DNA from: Balanoglossus misakiensis
Taxonomy: Eukaryota > Animalia > Hemichordata
DNA length: 64,000 nucleotides
Direction: 5' to 3'
NCBI GenBank assembly: GCA_040954595.2
Contig: CM082593.2
Span: 9,991,200 to 10,055,199 of the forward strand
Each line of letters opens with the position of its first letter. The first letter of the stretch is position 1. Of this stretch, positions 42,101 to 54,012 are shown piece by piece. The position numbers were made by a program, and so were the translations under genes. The notes beneath the pieces are model-generated. The model did no database searches. It was not told the DNA's origin and saw nothing but the letters and a program-made list of their open reading frames with translations.

Positions 42101-45100
42101 TATGGGTAAATGGTGAAGCAAGCTTGAAGATGCATCAGGGTAGATGGTGTTTCAAGCCCTTCACATTGACATTGGAATATAATGCATATGGGGATTTAAA
42201 ATTGATTGTAAATCCCTAGGTTAATACGTGGCCAAAAGCAATTTTATTGGACATTGCTAATGCAACGATGACATTGAATCCGATTCTTTGTATCAGGGTA
42301 AATGGCGATGCAAGCTTGATGATGCATCACGGTAGATAGTGATGCAAACACTTCACTTTGACATGGGCAGTAAATGCATATGGGGATTTCAAGTTGATTA
42401 CAAATCCCTGGGTTAATACGCGTCCAAAAGCACTGTAATTTGACATTGCTAATGCGATGTTAACATTGAATGTAATTCTCCGCATTAGGGCAAATGGCAA
42501 AGCAAGCTTAATGATGCAATGGAGTAGACGGTGATGCAAGCTATGCATTTTGACATAGGTATTTAATGCATGTGCATGGGTATTTAATGTTGAATGTAAA
42601 TTCCCAGGTTAATACATCTCCAAAAGCACTGTAATTTAAAATTGCTAATGTAAGGGTGACATTGAATCTGATTCTTTGCATTATGGGAAATGGCGTAGCA
42701 AGCCTAATGATCCATCTGAGTAGATGGTGATGCAAGCTAAGCATTTTGACATAGGTACTAAATGTATATACATGGGTATTTAAAGTTGTGTGTAAATCCC
42801 CAGGTTAATACATGGCCATAAGCTCTATAATTTGACATTGCTAATGAAATGGTGACACTGAATCTGATTCTTTGCATCAGGGCATATTGTGAAGCATGCT
42901 TGATGATGTATTAGGGTCAACAGTGATGGAAACACTGCACTATGACATGGGTATTTAATGCATACGCATTGATATTTACAGTTGACTCTAAATCCCGAGG
43001 TTAATACATGGCTAAAAGCGCTGTAATTTAAAATTACTAATGCAAAGGTTACATTGAATATGGGTAAATGGTGAAGCAAGCTTCAAGATGCATCAGGGTA
43101 GATGGTGTTTCAAGCCCTTCACATTGACTTGGAATATAATGCATATGGGGATTTAAAATTGATTGTAAATCCCTAGGTTAATACGTGGCCAAAAGCAATT
43201 TTATTTGACATTGCTAATGCAACGATGACATTGAATCCGATTCTTTGCATCAGGGTAAATGGCGATGCAAGCTTGATGATGCATCATGGTAGATAGTGAT
43301 GCAAACACTTCACTTTGACATGGGCATTAAATGCATATGGGGATTTCAAGTTGATTACAAATCCCTGGATTAATACGCGTCCAAAAGCACTGTAATTTGA
43401 CATTGCTAATGCGATGTTGACATTGAATGTAATTCTCCGCATTAGGGCAAATGGCAAAGCAAGCTTAATGATGCAATGGAGTAGACGGTGATGCAAGCTA
43501 TGCATTTTGACATAGGTATTTAATGCATGTGCTTGGGTATTTAATGTTGAATGTAAATTCCCAGGTTAATACATCTCCAAAAGCACTGTAATTTAAAATT
43601 GCTAATGTAAGGGTGACATTGAATCTGATTCTTTGCATTATGGGAAATGGCGTAGCAAGCCTAATGATCCATCTGAGTAGATGGTGATGCAAGCTAAGCA
43701 GTTTGATATAGGTACTAAATGTATATACATGGGTATTTAAAGTTGTCTGTAAATCCCCAGGTTAATACTTGGCAAAAAGCAATTTTATTTTACATTGCTA
43801 ATGAAATGGTGACACTGAATCTGATTCTTTGCATCAGGGTAAATGGCGATGCAAGCTTGATGATGCATCCCGGTAGATAGTAATGCAAACACTTCACTTT
43901 GACATGGGTATTAAATGCATATGGGGATTAAAAGTTGACTGAAAATCCCTGGGTTAATACAAGTCCAAAAGCACTGAAATTTGACATAGCTAATACAATG
44001 GTGACATTGAATGTGATTCTTTGCATTAGGGGAAATGGCGTAGCAAGCCTAATGATGCATCAGTGTAGATGGTGATCCAAGCTCTGCGCTTTGGCATACG
44101 TATTTAATGCATGTGCATGGGTATTTAATGTTGAATGTAAATCCCCAGGTTAATACATGGCCATAAGCTCTATAATTTGACATTGCTAATGAAATGGTGA
44201 CACTGAATCTGATTCTTTGCATCAGGGCATATTGTGAAGCATGCTTGATGATGTATTAGGGTCAACAGTGATGGAAACACTGCACTATGACATGGGTATT
44301 TAATGCATACGCATTGATATTTACAGTTGACTCTAAATCCCGAGGTTAATACATGGCTAAAAGCGCTGTAATTTAAAATTACTAATGCAAAGGTTACATT
44401 GAATATGGGTAAATGGTGAAGCAAGCTTCAAGATGCATCAGGGTAGATGGTGTTTCAAGCCCTTCACATTGACTTGGAATATAATGCATATGGGGATTTA
44501 AAATTGATTGTAAATCCCTAGGTTAATACGTGGCCAAAAGCAATTTTATTTGACATTGCTAATGCAACGATGACATTGAATCCGATTCTTTGCATCAGGG
44601 TAAATGGCGATGCAAGCTTGATGATGCATCATGGTAGATAGTGATGCAAACACTTCACTTTGACATGGGCATTAAATGCATATGGGGATTTCAAGTTGAT
44701 TACAAATCCCTGGATTAATACGCGTCCAAAAGCACTGTAATTTGACATTGCTAATGCGATGTTGACATTGAATGTAATTCTCCGCATTAGGGCAAATGGC
44801 AAAGCAAGCTTAATGATGCAATGGAGTAGACGGTGATGCAAGCTATGCATTTTGACATAGGTATTTAATGCATGTGCTTGGGTATTTAATGTTGAATGTA
44901 AATTCCCAGGTTAATACATCTCCAAAAGCACTGTAATTTAAAATTGCTAATGTAAGGGTGACATTGAATCTGATTCTTTGCATTATGGGAAATGGCGTAG
45001 CAAGCCTAATGATCCATCTGAGTAGATGGTGATGCAAGCTAAGCAGTTTGATATAGGTACTAAATGTATATACATGGGTATTTAAAGTTGTCTGTAAATC

Positions 45101-48100
45101 CCCAGGTTAATACTTGGCAAAAAGCAATTTTATTTTACATTGCTAATGAAATGGTGACACTGAATCTGATTCTTTGCATCAGGGTAAATGGCGATGCAAG
45201 CTTGATGATGCATCCCGGTAGATAGTAATGCAAACACTTCACTTTGACATGGGTATTAAATGCATATGGGGATTAAAAGTTGACTGAAAATCCCTGGGTT
45301 AATACAAGTCCAAAAGCACTGAAATTTGACATAGCTAATACAATGGTGACATTGAATGTGATTCTTTGCATTAGGGGAAATGGCGTAGCAAGCCTAATGA
45401 TGCATCAGTGTAGATGGTGATCCAAGCTCTGCGCTTTGGCATACGTATTTAATGCATGTGCATGGGTATTTAATGTTGAATGTAAATTCCCAGGTTAATA
45501 CATCTCCAAAAGCACTGTAATTTAAAATTGCTAATGTAAGGGTGACATTGAATCTGATTCTTTGCATTATGGGAAATGGCGTAGCAAGCCTAATGATCCA
45601 TCTGAGTAGATGGTGATGCAAGCTAAGCATTTTGACATAGGTACTAAATGTATATACATGGGTATTTAAAGTTGTGTGTAAATCCCCAGGTTAATACATG
45701 GCCATAAGCTCTATAATTTGACATTGCTAATGAAATGGTGACACTGAATCTGATTCTTTGCATCAGGGCATATTGTGAAGCATGCTTGATGATGTATTAG
45801 GGTCAACAGTGATGGAAACACTGCACTATGACATGGGTATTTAATGCATACGCATTGATATTTACAGTTGACTCTAAATCCCGAGGTTAATACATGGCTA
45901 AAAGCGCTGTAATTTAAAATTACTAATGCAAAGGTTACATTGAATATGGTTAAATGGTGAAGCAAGCTTCAAGATGCATCAGGGTAGATGGTGTTTCAAG
46001 CCCTTCACATTGACTTGGATTATAATGCATATGGGGATTTAAAATTGATTGTAAATCCCTAGGTTAATACGTGGCCAAAAGCAATTTTATTTGACATTGC
46101 TAATGCAACGATGACATTGAATCCGATTCTTTGCATCAGGGTAAATGGCGATGCAAGCTTGATGATGCATCATGGTAGATAGTGATGCAAACGCTTCACT
46201 TTGACATGGGCATTAAATGCATATGGGGATTTCAAGTTGATTACAAATCCCTGGATTAATACGCGTCCAAAAGCACTGTAATTTGACATTGCTAATGCGA
46301 TGTTGACATTGAATGTAATTCTCCGCATTAGGGCAAATGGCAAAGCAAGCTTAATGATGCAATGGAGTAGACGGTGATGCAAGCTATGCATTTTGACATA
46401 GGTATTTAATGCATGTGCTTGGGTATTTAATGTTGAATGTAAATTCCCAGGTTAATACATCTCCAAAAGCACTGTAATTTAAAATTGCTAATGTAAGGGT
46501 GACATTGAATCTGATTCTTTGCATTATGGGAAATGGCGTAGCAAGCCTAATGATCCATCTGAGTAGATGGTGATGCAAGCTAAGCAGTTTGATATAGGTA
46601 CTAAATGTATATACATGGGTATTTAAAGTTGTCTGTAAATCCCCAGGTTAATACTTGGCAAAAAGCAATTTTATTTTACATTGCTAATGAAATGGTGACA
46701 CTGAATCTGATTCTTTGCATCAGGGTAAATGGCGATGCAAGCTTGATGATGCATCCCGGTAGATAGTAATGCAAACACTTCACTTTGACATGGGTATTAA
46801 ATGCATATGGGGATTAAAAGTTGACTGAAAATCCCTGGGTTAATACAAGTCCAAAAGCACTGAAATTTGACATAGCTAATACAATGGTGACATTGAATGT
46901 GATTCTTTGCATTAGGGGAAATGGCGTAGCAAGCCTAATGATGCATCAGTGTAGATGGTGATCCAAGCTCTGCGCTTTGGCATACGTATTTAATGCATGT
47001 GCATGGGTATTTAATGTTGAATGTAAATTCCCAGGTTAATACATCTCCAAAAGCACTGTAATTTAAAATTGCTAATGTAAGGGTGACATTGAATCTGATT
47101 CTTTGCATTATGGGAAATGGCGTAGCAAGCCTAATGATCCATCTGAGTAGATGGTGATGCAAGCTAAGCATTTTGACATAGGTACTAAATGTATATACAT
47201 GGGTATTTAAAGTTGTGTGTAAATCCCCAGGTTAATACATGGCCATAAGCTCTATAATTTGACATTGCTAATGAAATGGTGACACTGAATCTGATTCTTT
47301 GCATCAGGGCATATTGTGAAGCATGCTTTATGATGTATTAGGGTCAACAGTGATGGAAACACTGCACTATGACATGGGTATTTAATGCATACGCATTGAT
47401 ATTTACAGTTGACTCTAAATCCCGAGGTTAATACATGGCTAAAAGCGCTGTAATTTAAAATTACTAATGCAAAGGTTACATTGAATATGGGTAAATGGTG
47501 AAGCAAGCTTCAAGATGCATCAGGGTAGATGGTGTTTCAAGCCCTTCACATTGACTTGGAATATAATGCATATGGGGATTTAAAATTGATTGTAAATCCC
47601 TAGGTTAATACGTGGCCAAAAGCAATTTTATTTGACATTGCTAATGCAACGATGACATTGAATCCGATTCTTTGCATCAGGGTAAATGGCGATGCAAGCT
47701 TGATGATGCATCATGGTAGATAGTGATGCAAACACTTCACTTTGACATGGGCATTAAATGCATATGGGGATTTCAAGTTGATTACAAATCCCTGGATTAA
47801 TACGCGTCCAAAAGCACTGTAATTTGACATTGCTAATGCGATGTTGACATTGAATGTAATTCTCCGCATTAGGGCAAATGGCAAAGCAAGCTTAATGATG
47901 CAATGGAGTAGACGGTGATGCAAGCTATGCATTTTGACATAGGTATTTAATGCATGTGCTTGGGTATTTAATGTTGAATGTAAATTCCCAGGTTAATACA
48001 TCTCCAAAAGCACTGTAATTTAAAATTGCTAATGTAAGGGTGACATTGAATCTGATTCTTTGCATTATGGGAAATGGCGTAGCAAGCCTATTGATCCATC

Positions 48101-48783
48101 TGAGTAGATGGTGATGCAAGCTAAGCATTTTGATATAGGTACTAAATGTATATACATGGGTATTTAAAGTTGTCTGTAAATCCCCAGGTTAATACTTGGC
48201 AAAAAGCAATTTTATTTTACATTGCTAATGAAATGGTGACACTGAATCTGATTCTTTGCATCAGGGTAAATGGCGATGCAAGCTTGATGATGCATCCCGG
48301 TAGATAGTGATGCAAACACTTCACTTTGACATGGGTATTAAATGCATATGGGGATTAAAAGTTGACTGAAAATCCCTGGGTTAATACAAGTCCAAAAGCA
48401 CTGAAATTTGACATAGCTAATACAATGGTGACATTGAATGTGATTCTTTGCATTAGGGGAAATGGCGTAGCAAGCCTAATGATGCATCAGTGTAGATGGT
48501 GATCCAAGCTCTGCGCTTTGGCATACGTATTTAATGCATGTGCATGGGTATTTAATGTTGAATGTAAATTCCCAGGTTAATATATGCATGGGTATTTAAT
48601 GTTGACTGTAAATCCCTAGGTTAATACATGGCCATAAGTACTGTAAGGGGTAGATGGTGATGCAAGCTCTGCACTTTGACATGGGGATTAAATGCATGCT
48701 GAGGGGGATTTTAAGTTGTCTGTAAATCCCCAGGTTGATATGTGGCCAAAAGCACTGTAATTTGACATTGCTAATGATGGTGA
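27173..48783. repeat. Satellite 2: tandem array of ~192/196-bp (and 178-bp deletion) monomers, about 110 copies, organised in higher-order repeats
   Basis: The ggttaat anchor recurs at 27235, 27431, 27623, 27819, 28015, 28193, 28385 and 28576 (spacings 196,192,196,196,178,192,191). Matching ORF translations recur at offsets 584, 957, 1345, 1541, 1930 and 5191. Rich in atgcat and aagctt. Confidence 0.98.
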
Positions 48784-49200
48784 GCTGTACTCCCCAGGGA
48801 GTTGAATGGAATGTTTAGGTCCAACGACCTAGGTCAAATGACCATGGGACAACTTTAAAGCATGTTGAGATTTAATGTGCTACATAAGTTATAAATATTA
48901 TATTAATATTATTACATAAACAACACTCTTACCTAGCTAAGGAAGTGGTCAGGTGAAAAATATTTGCAGAGCTGACCAATTATTTAAGGAATATTAAAGT
49001 TGGGTAATTTGGACGTATTCATACGGGTGTTGGTCAATGGAAAGTCCTTTGTTCATTTTCAAAATGGCAACCAAAAATGCGAACAAAACACACTGAATTA
49101 TGTACGGGATATTGGTGTTGCCTAATTTGCGTGTTTCCACATTTACTTAAACTCTCACAGGGAGACAAATGTCACAGCAAACGGAAAAATGACTATGCTA
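48780..49200 (+). repeat. Block Y copy 1: 5'-truncated SINE 3' part (~48780-48915) plus flanking DNA, fused to the right end of satellite 2
   Basis: gtgagctg...ctccccagggagttgaatggaat...aatgtgctacataagt...tattatta matches the 3' half of the SINE at 52004-52360. The whole block is repeated at 52879-53307. Confidence 0.8.
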
Positions 49201-49560
49201 CACACAACACTTTTATTGATCATGGAAAATGTTCATGAGAATTGTGTTATGGTACTTTTCGGGGCTCACGACCTGTGTTATAGGAAATCTGACAAGGAAT
49301 CCAAACTGTACCACATACACAACACTTTAATTAAGCATAGGAAATGGTCCTGAGAACAATATTCTCAGAGTTGACAAACTGTGTTATCTGCGTTATTTTG
49401 ATGTTGTCTAATTTACACGCCTGTACATTTATTTATACTCTGACTTTGAGCTTAATAAGGCAGCGCCTGCTAAGGTTAATTTGCCACGTACACTTTTAAT
49501 TAGCATAGATAATGATCATGATAACTTCATTTTCAGAGCTGACAAACTGTGTTATGTGAA
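49201..49560. repeat. Three diverged short direct repeats
   Basis: acactttt/acacttta...cat..a.aatg.tc.tga motif at ~49201, ~49317 and ~49490; cagag[tc]tgacaaactgtgttat occurs twice. Confidence 0.5.
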
Positions 49561-49603
49561 ATTCATGTTGCCTATTTCATGATAATGGCTTGTGGTACAC
49601 AAG

Positions 49604-50215
49604 GGTTAACAGCAATCAGCAATTGCTTGTATGATAGGTATAATGATCGAATTACAAATTTCAATGGTATAATAATGGGCAACACATGTGGAAGTGTTTA
49701 ATAAACAGTTAACTGATGTGGTGATGGTTTGTGGTAAAATTGAGGGTACACAGATTATAATGGGCAAAACAATGAATATAATAGAGGTTGATGATGGTGA
49801 ATGGTTTCATATGAATGGTGTAATAAAGGTTAACAAATGTGGTGATAGCTTTGGTGTACAGGGCTGTTCATATCTTTAGTAATGACAAAGGTATAATAGT
49901 GATAAAAGCTTGAATAAGTGTTAGGGCACAATCTTCATGATGGTTCATTCATTGGTTAATGTGTATATTTTATTAATATCATGCTATTGTTTATCAGTTA
50001 GATCATAATCAGGGTTTTTCCATGCACATAGTCATCATGAATCAGCGGAATTCTTCTGAATAGTACCTGTGATCATTTTTGCGCACCGACGCATTGTACG
50101 CGACAGACATGCAGAAAATATTAACATGTAACTCACAGGCATAGTGTTAAATCTAAACGACTATATGTTAGATAAGCATTACCTCCCCACCCCATCCAAA
50201 TTCCAAATTTAGCTT
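49604..50215 (+). repeat. Dispersed block X, copy 2
   Basis: Diverged direct copy of 25617-26438; lacks the 117-bp internal duplication. Confidence 0.85.
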
Positions 50216-50469
50216 GATGTGACGTTTTCGGGTAGTACCAATTCGGAAACTTTCATGGTTCATTCATTGAACCAAATATTGGATTTGACACACTGTGTCT
50301 TGGGTGGGTAAAGCATGGTGAAATGTTGGCAGTAAACTTTAACCAGACAGGTCACATGAAAGGAAGATTTTATCATTTGAGTTCGATGGCATACATGATA
50401 AGATATGTCAGTTCTGACACCTTTTTTGCAGACGTAGATGCTGATGTATTTTTTCCATTGGACACAATA

Positions 50470-51235
50470 CTCAAAGTCCAGTCTGTGTTTAAAATGATAC
50501 CCTGGTCACACACAGTGAGAAATGTCAGCCTTTGACTTAATTATCTAATTTATGCATTGTTAACAATGCACTGTGACATTTACTGCATGTATTTTTCCCC
50601 CTGTGGAAACTTACTATGCTTTGAATACATGTTCCCTAATGGGGTGTTAAAGGATACAGTAGGATCTGTTTCGGTAGCAAATATGACACTGTTTTCAACA
50701 TATTTGACTGGTGGCAATATGTGGTTTTACGTTGGTATCCATCATGTAACTCAGATCACCTATATGAAGCTCCATAGTAAATTTCACAGAAGTCGGCTGA
50801 TCAATTCCAGAAAAGTAGATTTTTTACCAAAAATGTGGAAAAAGACAAAAAAAATGCATAACAAGTAGAAAATTCACACTATTAGCTTAAAACATACAGA
50901 AATGTGTGAGGCTAATATAAGGTACTATCATACCATTTTTTCAAATCAATATGACCAGGACTTGTCGAGTTTCTGAGTTTTGACCAAATTAAGGTTTTCC
51001 CAGCTAATTTGTATATATTTTTGGCAATGACAACTTCGTTTGAACAAACTCCCATCTACAGCCTAGCATGCATCTACACACCAAATATCGAGGTTATTGG
51101 CGCAACGGTTTTCAAGTTTTTGATGTGTACGGACATACATCCATCTATCCGTCCATATGTCCATACATACATACAGACGCAACCAAATCCATAAGGTCCC
51201 ACTGTATATACCTATACAAATGGGACCAAATAAAA
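50470..51235 (-). mobile_element. Non-autonomous Helentron-associated (HINE/DINE-1-like) element; left boundary approximate
   Basis: Terminal inverted pair ggtccca...tgggacc with inner tgtata/tataca (51195-51227) next to an A-rich end. Adjacent (ACAT/CCAT/CCGT)n microsatellite at 51129-51178. Possible degenerate distal subTIR ggtcacac at 50504. This order matches the known DINE-1/HINE layout. Confidence 0.55.
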
Positions 51236-52003
51236 CACACAAAAAATAACACTTAACATCTTACAGTGCAGGGCCTTGCTAGTTGATGTGGTACAATTCT
51301 ATCATATCACTTCACAGCTGGTAGCCAAGGGCAGTGTTTGCACAGAGGAGCCTCCTGAATGTCTTCGCTCGTTCACACCTCTTCAGTGATAATGTCTGGA
51401 TTACATTGACATGAAACTGTTTGTTCAGTAGTGTTTCAACTGCCAGCTACCTGGGTTCATTTTACACCCAAACACTGAAAATATTGTAGCAGTCAATAAT
51501 ATAACCTACACACTGTGTGAAATTCACCATGTTCTAAAGTAATGTTGATGTCTAATGTGCATTGTGACTTACAGGGCATGCACGGCTAAATCTTGTCGAA
51601 AGTTGACAAAGCAAAAGACCAGTCCAGTTGCCTGTTTTAAAATGTGCTTCATTCCAAGGACCTTGGCGATGAGTCATGAATTCGGGAACGTTCATGAGAC
51701 CCATTTTTTTTTCACTGGACCAGCACATTTAATGATATGACCATGAAATTGAACTGTTCCCAGGAGCTACTGAGAGTTGCCTTTTTTCACCCCCAAGTTA
51801 CTACCTGGGGTTTTTACAATGTCGACTGTAGTTCCAAAAAAAAACGTTGTACTTTTATGAATAATCGATTAGGGTAGATTTATTCATGGTAGTAAAACTT
51901 TTTGGCCTGCAGTTGCCAAAGAAAGACAATTACAAGTAAGGGACTGGACGTAAACTACCAGGGGGAGCGCAGGGGAATTGACGAAAGCGATGGCCTTAAA
52001 TTA

Positions 52004-52360
52004 ATGTCATAGTCCAGTGGTTAGAGCATCAGACCCATAATCAAAGAATCAAGAGTTTGATCTCTGGCATGGTTGTGGTGTTGTGTCCTCTAGCAAGGCA
52101 ATTTACATCTCCTTGCCTCTCCCCGCCTATAAGAAAAGGGTAATTTGGTGGATCGGATATTGTAATGTGTATGTATAGGTCTGCTTTGCTGATATAAAAG
52201 CTGCACATGTGAGCTGTTGTTTGCTCCCCATGGAGTGGAATGGAATATTTTAGGTCCAACGACCTAGGTCAAATTACCATGGGAAACACTTCAAAGCAGC
52301 ACATTGAGATTTATTGCATAATGTGCTATATAAGTAATAAATATTATATTGATATTATTA
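52004..52360 (+). mobile_element. tRNA-derived SINE, apparently full length but degenerate
   Basis: A-box-like tagtccagtgg (52010), degenerate B-box gagtttgatctc (52053), CORE-like tgtgtcctctagcaaggcaattta (~52082), and a 3' tail aatgtgctatataagt followed by TATTA-type repeats. Confidence 0.7.
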
Positions 52361-52433
52361 CATAAACAACACTCTTACTTAGCAAAGGAAGTGGTCAGGT
52401 GAACTATATTCGCAGAGCTGACCAATTGTTTAA

Positions 52434-52776
52434 AGGGGCAAAGTCTCTCATCGCTGCCTTTTTTCAATTAATTATGTATGATACAAGACGCCATTGATGT
52501 TATTCTACATGTGGATATATGGTGAATCAACATTCGACCACACACAACTTCCGTCTCGTTTGTACGATATGAGAGTAAAAACTCGCCCAAAATGAATAAA
52601 TGGTAAAGAACGATTATTCATTTTGGCGAGTTTTTCACTCTCCTGTCTATAAGAGGGATGGAAGTTGTGTGTGGTTGAACGTTCATTCGCTATATATCCA
52701 CATGTAGAATAACAAACGGTGTCTCTTATCAAATATAATATGGGAAAAAGGGCAGCGAGAGAGAGACTTTGTCCCT
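52434..52776. mobile_element. Fold-back MITE (~343 bp imperfect palindrome) with AGG...CCT termini, inserted at TTAA (Kolobok/T2-MITE-like)
   Basis: Paired arms: aggggcaaagtctctc/gagagactttgtccct; ttattctacatgtggatatat/atatatccacatgtagaataa; accacacacaacttcc/ggaagttgtgtgtggt; gagagtaaaaactcgcccaaaatgaataa/ttattcattttggcgagtttttcactctc. TTAA at 52430-52433. Confidence 0.85.
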
Positions 52777-52777
52777 C

Positions 52778-53307
52778 ACATGGGGATTAAATGCATATGC
52801 GTGTGTATTTAAAGTTAACTGTAAATCCCCAGGTTAATACGTGGCCAAAAGCACTGTAATTTGGCATTTCTAATGATGGTGAGATGTTGTTTGCTCCCCA
52901 GGGAGTTGAATGGAATATTTAGGTCCAACATCCTAGCTCAAATAACCATGGGACAACTTAAAGCACGTTGAGATTTAATGTGCTACATAAGTTATAAATA
53001 TTATAAAAATATTATTACATAAACAACACTCTTCCTTAGCAAAGGAAGTGGTCAGGTGAAATATATTCGCAGAGCTGACCAATTCTTTAAGGAAAATTAA
53101 AGTTGGGTAATTTGGATGTATTCATACGAGTGTTGGTCAATGATAGGAAAGTCCTTTGTTCATTTTCAAAATGAAAACCAAAAATGCGAACAAAACACAC
53201 TGAATTACGTATGGGATATTGATGTTGCCTAATTTGCGTGACTCTACATTTACTTAAACTCTCACAGGGAGACAAATGTCACAGCAAACGGAAAAATGAT
53301 TATGCTA
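52778..53307 (+). repeat. Partial satellite-2 monomer plus block Y copy 2
   Basis: catggggattaaatgcat...ccccaggttaatacgtggccaaaagcactgtaatttg...ctaatgatggtgag, then SINE tail and flank ending gcaaacggaaaaatgattatgcta. Colinear with 48680-49200. Confidence 0.9.
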
Positions 53308-54012
53308 AGCAATACGCCAACCTTTAAAATATTACTTTAGAAAGTTTGTATTCATACTTTCTTCAAGTTGTCATAACGCTACCCCGAAATGTGTTTAAGT
53401 ATTGCCTTTGTATTAATGGGCTAGATTCATGGCGTTATATGTCATAAATTAAAAAGCCAACCCTTATTGATTTTGATAATATTTATGTCGGAGAATCCAC
53501 AATGAAAAATATGTATTTCAATTTCATAACTCAAAATGATTTTCAAATCCATGACCTTATTTTCAACTCCAGTGATCGTACATCGTGAACCTTGTGCCAG
53601 TAAATGATTGGCCATTACAGGGTTAATGGGCACTCTCCCGTTCTCTTCCTCCGCAGTTTCATTCATGTTCTTGTTTGACGGAAATGGGTGTGACCAGACG
53701 CTTGAATGTTTTCATGTGGGTGTCGTTGTTCATCGGGAACGGTCTCCTGGTGTGTCTGTACAGGTACGCAAGGAGAAACTGCCCACAAGAAGCTGCGAGT
53801 GAAACTATTTAAGGTAGTATGTGCCTCGGGGTCCGAGATTCAGACAAATGATAGTCCTCAAAACTTTTTCAAGTCTTTGATTTACTAAAGTGTATGGTGA
53901 GTCTCTTTGAAAACAACAAAAACATTACTCACCATATTGTTATTTTTTTGAAAGTTTAAAATGAAGTTGACAATGTACCAAACATATTCTATTTATTTCT
54001 TCATGACCATGT

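Noticed and set aside
27258-48128. Dozens of His/Cys-rich 60-99 aa ORFs that look like a tandem peptide gene family
   Set aside because: They are minus-strand readings of satellite 2 (gatgatg gives His runs). Monomer lengths 196 and 178 break frame, and there is no domain or gene structure. They are useful only as HOR markers.
295-48783. CRISPR-like or other repeat-spacer array
   Set aside because: Units are contiguous with no unique spacers, there are no cas genes, and the context is eukaryotic.
51018-51031. ttttggcaatgac shared between the HINE-like element and the satellite-1 monomer
   Set aside because: Only 13 bp in AT-rich DNA with no extension; insufficient to claim homology.
51938-52000. 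taagggactggacgtaaactaccaggggg resembling a MITE left end
   Set aside because: No matching right TIR found; too short to call.
52004-52075. Possible tRNA gene
   Set aside because: The B box is degenerate, no cloverleaf could be built, and it continues into a SINE body and tail.
53893-53936. 10-bp inverted repeat tatggtgagt/actcaccata
   Set aside because: Short, isolated and compatible with chance.
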